A model generated the notes under the pieces. The model saw only the letters and a program-made list of their open reading frames with translations, had not been told where the DNA came from and did not search any database. Both the position numbers and the translations under genes were made by a program. A stretch of DNA of 64,000 nucleotides. Origin: Phallusia mammillata. Lineage: Eukaryota. The stretch is from the NCBI GenBank assembly GCA_965637545.1, contig OZ281494.1, positions 5,456,001-5,520,000 of the forward strand, in the 5' to 3' direction. Numbering within the stretch: position 1 is the stretch's first letter; each line of letters starts with the position of its first letter. This document shows, piece after piece, positions 61,478 to 64,000 of the stretch.

Positions 61478-63467
61478 ACATTTCCTTGCCTATGACGTGT
61501 GTATTACGTCATGTGAGCATAAAACTGTAATGACAGTTTTATATTGATGCTTTAAATACGGATTTTGAAATGTATTTTTCTCTGTGTTATCGTCTGTTAG
61601 CAATAACAGAAATTAAATATAAATGGTTGCATTGAAGTTAAAAATTTTTGCGTTAAAGCGATGGTAAACAATGCGAAAGTTTGTAATAAAAGCAAATATG
61701 GTTGTTAAATTTCTTTTCTTTTTTTTCCTTTTGTTGTTTACAATTTGATTTACAAACGTACTTCACTGTTTTTTAAGCAACATTAGGTTAACAACTTGAC
61801 GTTAGTGTTTAATTTGTTGTTGTTTCGTTTGAACTGATTTGCATTACGATTGAAAAGTTAGAAATTTGTTCGGCGTCAAGGGCATCATTTGTCGTTTTTA
61901 ATTCACCAGCTTAAAATAGTTTATAATGTGTTTTTTACGTGATAATAATTTTCGTTAATGTATATTATTCCCCGAATTTGAAAGACAATATTTTTTAAGA
62001 CTTGGTTTTGTTTTGACGCTATTCTTTCTCAGTCATACATATACACCATTCTCTTTTATTTAATTGACAAGTTTTATTTTTTCATTTTGGAATTTCGACT
62101 TAAGCACGCTTGAGTTTAACAGTTCGGTGATGTAGCAAAGTTTGGTATTTTGGCAATTAAAATCATTTAGGGAGTTCTTAAAAACGTTGAAAAACTAATG
62201 TTACCAAGGATTGTGATACTCAGTATCAATACTGACGATGCTGTAATAGCGAAATATATATATCTTTAAAACCAAAGGGTGAACGACTAAGTGATTTGTC
62301 GGAACTTACACCAAGGATTGTGGTTTCTGTGTTTGATTTTGGGATAGAGATTTTGCATGTTGTGTTGTCGTTCGTTTTCGTGCAAAGTGCTGCTCAGATT
62401 TTATACGATATAATGGATTATAATCGTTAGTATTACATTTTAATGAGACGAAATAAGGTAACAATAAAATAATATTTGTGATTTGTTGAACAACAAAGTG
62501 TGGACGTTACATCAAAACCTCATAAAATAGATAACGAGGTGTTTCAAAACTGCAATTCAAAAATGTGAGAGATTGAATTTATTGACGTACGTGACACACA
62601 TACAGTTAATTAGCTTAGTTAAAACTGAACTTCATGCTAAACACCTACGGCTAAGCAACAATTGTCAACAACAGGAAAATATTCTTTGCAAAAAGCATCT
62701 TTTTTGGCAGCTAACTTTCAAGACTTTTTGAGTTTAAGTACCTGACTAGCAAAACAGCATTTCTGGGTTAACACAACTCATGCACCTCAACAGGCAAAGG
62801 AATTGAATGCTACAAATGTGACACAGACGGAAATTACACGAAAGAAAAGTACAAGACAGTGATCAATCAAAAAACAAAGTACACGAAACATAATTATACA
62901 AAATATTGGGTCACAATGTTGTACAGTGTTCGTGAGGTCACGATATAAAAAACTTATTTTTATGTTTGAATATTCAAAACATCATTACAATGAATGTAAT
63001 TTTGGAATAAACCACCCTTTTCTAGAACTACCAATGAAGCTGTCTTGACTTTAACTGTCCCTATTGTAAAACAAGGCCAACATATAGTTTGTGCTAAAAT
63101 ACCCGACATCAAACTGAAAGCACCATGACTCAGCACATTTTGGTTGAGAAATAATTAAAATGTGGTTGAAGAAAAACATGTACATGTTGTATTTCACAGC
63201 ACAACAAAAATATCTCTAAAAACTTAATTATCTGTTACATTGTGCATAATTATTACTTGAAGTGTGTACAAAATAAACAAATACAAGCATACTATTTAGA
63301 ATCTGCTATTTGAAAAAAATTCATTGAGCTGATTGCAACGACAATCAAAAGGAATAAATTAATACTAATTCGGTCAAATAGAGATTGCAATGAGATGAAT
63401 TAATTTGTTAAATTCACACTTTTTTATTTTTAAGTGTCATAACGTTTTTACAATACTGTTCTATTAG

Positions 63468-63966
63468 GCCAAAGTGACAACCGCATTGAAGTCTTGCCGC
63501 AATTTGACGAGTTTTGCGAGGGCGATGACTATAATGGCTTCGGTGATCTTGATTTCACGGATGTGCGAAAATATTTTAAGTGGAAACCACTTTGTGTAAG
63601 CAATCTGTTAGTTTCAGCACATCAGCTTGTTTTTGTTTCCCAGTTTTGTAGGGAGCAGAACGACATATTATTTGACTCACTGACATACGACATTGTATCA
63701 TAGGTTGTTTTAAATTTGAACATATTTGATACTGCATGGTGTTGAAATATCAATAATTAAGGTCCCACCGATATGAAATTTACTAAACTTACAGATTAAT
63801 TTAGAGGCTAATAGGTTACACCAATTAGCAGAATAGAACAACTTTTCTGTATAACAGATGAATAGTAAAGACGTTATGCTTTCTGCCTTGGATGGCTGGA
63901 TGAAACGGGATCAAGAAAAAAGTAAACGTCAGAACTTGATACAGTGTTGGGAATCAACAGAAAGAA
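63468..63966 (+). pseudogene. Fifth family member, N-terminal exons only (duplicate of ~19580-20260); the GIY-YIG-like exon would lie beyond the window
   Basis: GQSDNRIEVLPQFDEFCEGDDYNGFGDLDFTDVRKYF..DIVS* (TAG at 63701-63703) and exon 63858-63966 MNSKDVMLSALDGWMKR with a phase-1 donor. Confidence 0.75.
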
Positions 63967-64000
63967 GTTAATATCGTCAATTAATAAAAAGTTAATACCG

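Overview
AT-rich eukaryotic genomic DNA with spliceosomal introns. An invertebrate chordate (ascidian/tunicate) is inferred from the gene content. The window holds three gene families plus transposon debris. (1) Four copies, and a fifth partial copy at the window end, of a small intron-containing gene whose last exon resembles the Cys-rich GIY-YIG endonuclease domain of Penelope-like retroelements (PLEs) but lacks most catalytic residues. No reverse transcriptase ORF is visible in the window. Two copies have a short Pro-rich N-terminus and the others carry an N-terminal helical module resembling a death fold. A palindromic AAAC-N4-GTTT motif recurs around these genes. (2) Two LDLa-repeat, LGR/GRL101-like GPCR genes with no leucine-rich repeats, one broken by an extra 8-bp repeat unit, plus four orphan copies of its TM5-TM7 end. 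(3) Two intact adhesion GPCR genes with a shared, fast-diverging N-terminus but unrelated-looking GAIN/7TM halves, plus a 7TM pseudogene. Mobile DNA includes hAT MITEs, a pogo/Tc1-like non-autonomous element, a very young non-autonomous LTR element with a tRNA-Trp primer site, a tRNA-containing element with PLE-style partial-tandem structure, and a degenerate PLE-type hammerhead. All gene models were built by hand from splice signals and intron phase. No database searches were run.
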